Shown piece after piece: positions 59,751 through 62,776 of a stretch of DNA of 62,776 nucleotides. Where the stretch lies: assembly GCA_003427395.1 (NCBI GenBank), contig BFEA01000039.1, positions 1,631,608 to 1,694,383 of the forward strand, given 5' to 3'. This DNA comes from Chara braunii. Its lineage: Eukaryota > Plantae > Charophyceae. The notes below the pieces were generated by a model. The model saw only the letters and a program-made list of their open reading frames with translations, was not told the origin of the DNA and made no database searches. The position numbers and the translations under genes were made by a program. Every line of letters starts with the position of its first letter. The stretch's first letter is position 1.

Positions 59751-59785
59751 TCTCTTATACACATCTAGATGTGTATAAGAGACAG
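59751..59785. other. Nextera mate-pair junction adapter (technical artefact)
   Basis: TCTCTTATACACATCT-AGATGTGTATAAGAGACAG, i.e. back-to-back Tn5 mosaic ends. Confidence 0.97.
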
Positions 59786-59900
59786 CCGTCATCTTGGGGG
59801 GTTGAAGTCCCAAGCACGGCTCGTCGTCTGTCGACGAGGACGCATCCCACACACCACGCGCACACCACTTTACGAACACAAAAATAAAACACACACACAC
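59786..59900 (-). mobile_element. Family-A LTR fragment attached to the adapter (likely chimeric join)
   Basis: Matches about 23371-23485 and 42608-42720. Confidence 0.8.
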
Positions 59901-59904
59901 AGAC

Positions 59905-59986
<82 letters not shown>

Positions 59987-60394
59987 GAGGATGGTTTTTC
60001 AGGTGCGCAAACAGGCCAAACGTTATCCTTCCCTCGCATCGTCAACACGTTGCGGCTTTTCTTATTCACCCGCCTAAGGACGTACTGACAGTAGGACTTT
60101 CTTGAATGAGACTGGTCTTAATCTCGGCGAAATACAGTCAGCAATGTCCAAGTGTAAGTCTGCCCTAACTCTCCGTCATGAGCGAAAGACGTTTTGACAA
60201 GGGAAGTGAAGGAAAGGAGGAGGCGTCGAAGTCTCTCCATCTCTCCTGTAGGATCAACTGAAACACTTAAAATTTTACATTTTTAATTTTCAGTATGCCA
60301 GCCCAGCGCGTCCGGCCGTCGTCAGTCCGTTCGCTTCTCAGGTATACACAGTGATTGTGTTCATGTAGCGTCAGGTCCCCGACGGGCACACATA

Positions 60395-60549
60395 GGGCCT
60401 CGCCGCACGGCGAGGCACTACTCGCCACATGCACAAGACACGACCACATGCACAAGAGACGAAAGTCGTGGCGCTGTATCTTTCCATGTTCGAGGCGAAG
60501 ATTCCCTCGCATTTTTTTTGCACATGTTCTGAGTTGTGCGGCGAGGCCG
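60395..60549. mobile_element. Second copy (inverted) of the Tourist-like MITE at 19544
   Basis: GGGCCTCGCCGCAC...GTGCGGCGAGGCC termini with ATA flanks. Internal GTATCTTTCCATGTTCGAGGCGAAGATTC is the reverse complement of the core of the 19544 copy. Confidence 0.7.
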
Positions 60550-60576
60550 ATAAAATCTGTAATCCGATAAATACTA

Positions 60577-60681
60577 CCGTCTTCACCCGAATAAAACGCC
60601 CGGTCATTATAGCTGTATTTGGTCGAAATGGAAGTCTAGGTGCAGTGATAATGACCGGGCGTTCTATTCGGGTGAAGACGG
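60577..60681. mobile_element. ~105-bp MITE, TA-flanked with CCGT termini (Tc1/mariner superfamily, Tc2/pogo-like)
   Basis: TA|CCGTCTTCACCCGAATAAAACGCCCGGTCATTAT...ATAATGACCGGGCGTTCTATTCGGGTGAAGACGG|TA. Confidence 0.85.
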
Positions 60682-60752
60682 TAGTATTTTGCGGTCTCCA
60701 AATATTTGTACACCTCGTTACCAAAGGACAAGTACATTTTTGTGGTAGACTT

Positions 60753-60855
60753 CCGTCTTCCCGGAATATAACGCACGCTGATTATGAATGTACACAAGTG
60801 ATCTTTCGGGCCCGATACAATTAAACAGGGAGGGTGCGTTGTGTTCGGGGGAAGA
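60753..60855. mobile_element. Degenerate CCGT-terminus MITE copy
   Basis: CCGTCTTCCCGGAATATAACGCAC...GTGCGTTGTGTTCGGGGGAAGA. Confidence 0.6.
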
Positions 60856-61012
60856 TATTCTAATGAGAGGAAGGGAAGGTCGTGGAAATCAGGACTGTCA
60901 ATGAATGGGTCTCGCGCTACCCTACCTACTCCCCCACCAAGTGCGAAAAAGACAAAAAAAAATCCTGCGCGTATTTTTTTCCACGTTATAGCGCGGGAAG
61001 TACGTTCTCTCT

Positions 61013-61050
<38 letters not shown>

Positions 61051-61353
61051 ACCTACGTTCTCACTTTGCACATTTGGTGAGTGTTGTGGTGAGGCGCAGC
61101 AATATCATCAATCTGTGGAAAACTCCCAACTTCGGCAAGAGCTCCATTTTCTGGAAGTGTGACATCTTTTTTTTTCTTTTTTTTTTTCTTTTTTTTCTCC
61201 GGAAGTTGCATCCTTTTTGGTGTAGTGACCCTCGGGGGGAGCTGGCGTCGAACGTCGTGTTCCGTTGCGTTTGATGCCGTCAAAGATATGGTTGTGATTA
61301 ACGTCGTGTTCGGTTACGTTAGATAACCGTTTATAACCGTTTGTAAGCCTATA

Positions 61354-61463
61354 CCGTCTTCCGCCGAATACAATGCACCCAGGTCATGCCTGTATATTTG
61401 GACCGGAAATTCCGGGTGTATGTATATCCATGATGAGGGTGGGTTGTGTTCGGGGGAAGACGG
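61354..61463. mobile_element. CCGT-terminus MITE copy, TA-flanked
   Basis: TA|CCGTCTTCCGCCGAATACAATGCACCC...GGGTGGGTTGTGTTCGGGGGAAGACGG|TA. Confidence 0.8.
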
Positions 61464-61689
61464 TAGGTACATGACAGCGCCAGGTCGTGTGAGTCGGAAC
61501 GAGAGGACAGCAGTATGGACGTCGTCGCCTCACCACTCGCTGCCAATGCTGATGAAGGGGAGTGTATATTTCCGCGAAAACTGGAGCAATACAGTCACCA
61601 ATTGTCATATTTGGCGAGTGGTGCGGCGAGGCTGTATAACTACGGGATAACTTTCATCCCTTGTTTGCGACTCTTCAGACGAGAACGTC

Positions 61690-61693
<4 letters not shown>

Positions 61694-61783
<90 letters not shown>

Positions 61784-61820
61784 CATAGCTTGTAGTTGAG
61801 AGAGAGAGAGAGAGAGAGAG
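61694..61820. repeat. (GT)n(GA)n compound microsatellite
   Basis: Dinucleotide runs. Confidence 0.95.
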
Positions 61821-62531
61821 GTAAGGGATAGAAAAGCGAGGAAGTGAGGAACTGACGAGGAATGAAAAGAAAAGGAAGGAAGAAAACACATCGTTTGCTT
61901 GTAGAAGCTCTATGATGCTGTGGAATGGAAAGAGAAAGACAGGCAAAGACAGGAAAGAAGGAAACTAGGAAAGCAATTGAACAAGAGGAGAGAGAAAGGG
62001 GACGAGAGGGGGGTGGCGGGGGTGACAAGTCAGGATAAGAGAGAGAAAGTAAAGAGGAGGGTGGTAAAGGTTATTGAGGTGGGGAGGAGAAGGAGAGGGA
62101 GAAGGACGTGGGTATTAAAAGGGAGCAAGGCGGGGAAGGGTGGGAAGGGTGAAGAGGAAGGAAGGCCGAAGGTTATCGAGGGAGGAGAGGGAGGAGAGGG
62201 AGGAGAAGAGAGAGAGGGAGACAGGGAAGGGAGGACAGAAAAATGTGCTAAGAGAGGGTAAGAGGGAAGAAAGGTGAGATGGGTGAAGAGAGCAAGGAAT
62301 GAGGGGAGGAAGGTTTACGACGGAGGGAGAAGGACGTACGTGAGGAAGAGGCGGGCGAAGTGGAGGAAGGGAATGTGGAAGCAATCAAATGAAGGAGGGA
62401 GAGGAGCATAATAGACGGAGAGGAGAAATGAAGGAACGAAGAAAGGTCTGAGGAGAGAACGAAGTGATTAAACAAGAAAAAAGAATGAAAAGGAGGCAAG
62501 ACGGAACAAGAAAAGAACGAAAAGGAGGCAA

Positions 62532-62644
62532 GACGCTGGACCCCTTTTCCAGCAGGTGATGCTGCCCACCAATAGATGGAGCCTCTCCCCTGGTGCTAGG
62601 GGTGTCTGCTCTTACCAGCACCACTAACACTGGTGGGGGCGTGC
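62532..62644 (+). mobile_element. Second copy of the SINE-like repeat at 54216-54361
   Basis: Colinear match over about 110 bp. Confidence 0.55.
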
Positions 62645-62776
62645 TTTTTTTTTTTTTTTTTTTTTTAAAGGAAGAAAGAAAGGAAGGAGAGGGTGAATGA
62701 AAGAGAAATGGTGATGGCGGGAGATGGAAGAGGGGGGGAGGGGTTTTTTTTTTTTTTTTTTTTTTAAAAGGAAGAA

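Noticed and set aside
59751-59785. Natural Tn5-like transposon end or horizontal transfer
   Set aside because: It matches the synthetic Nextera mate-pair junction sequence.

Overview
Eukaryotic nuclear DNA, most likely from a charophyte green alga such as Chara. This is an inference from the plant-type kinase, plant tRNA-Asp primer site, plant L1-type LINE, long (GA)n/(CA)n tracts and intronless genes. Two intact single-exon genes bracket about 50 kb of nested transposons. They are the condensin II kleisin CAP-H2/NCAPH2 (835-3624) and a receptor kinase (55937-59137) that joins a CrRLK1L/FERONIA-type malectin-like ectodomain and kinase to an LRR module that canonical CrRLK1Ls lack. The centre is a nest of very large TG..CA elements. 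Two ~7.6-kb family-A LTR copies (23005-36787, interrupted, and 42242-49826) flank a tRNA-Asp PBS and a 5.4-kb internal region with no recognisable gag/pol. A 6.2-kb element with a CCGG duplication is inserted in the left copy, and there are fragments of further LTR families. The 23-52 kb nest splits a LINE. The giant LTRs carry an array of about 13 covarying hexaloop hairpins, several minisatellite arrays, clustered MEF2-type CArG boxes and unidentified minus-strand ORFs. Several MITE families, a SINE-like repeat, assembly gaps and a Nextera mate-pair adapter artefact are also present. All comparisons were made by eye; no searches were run.
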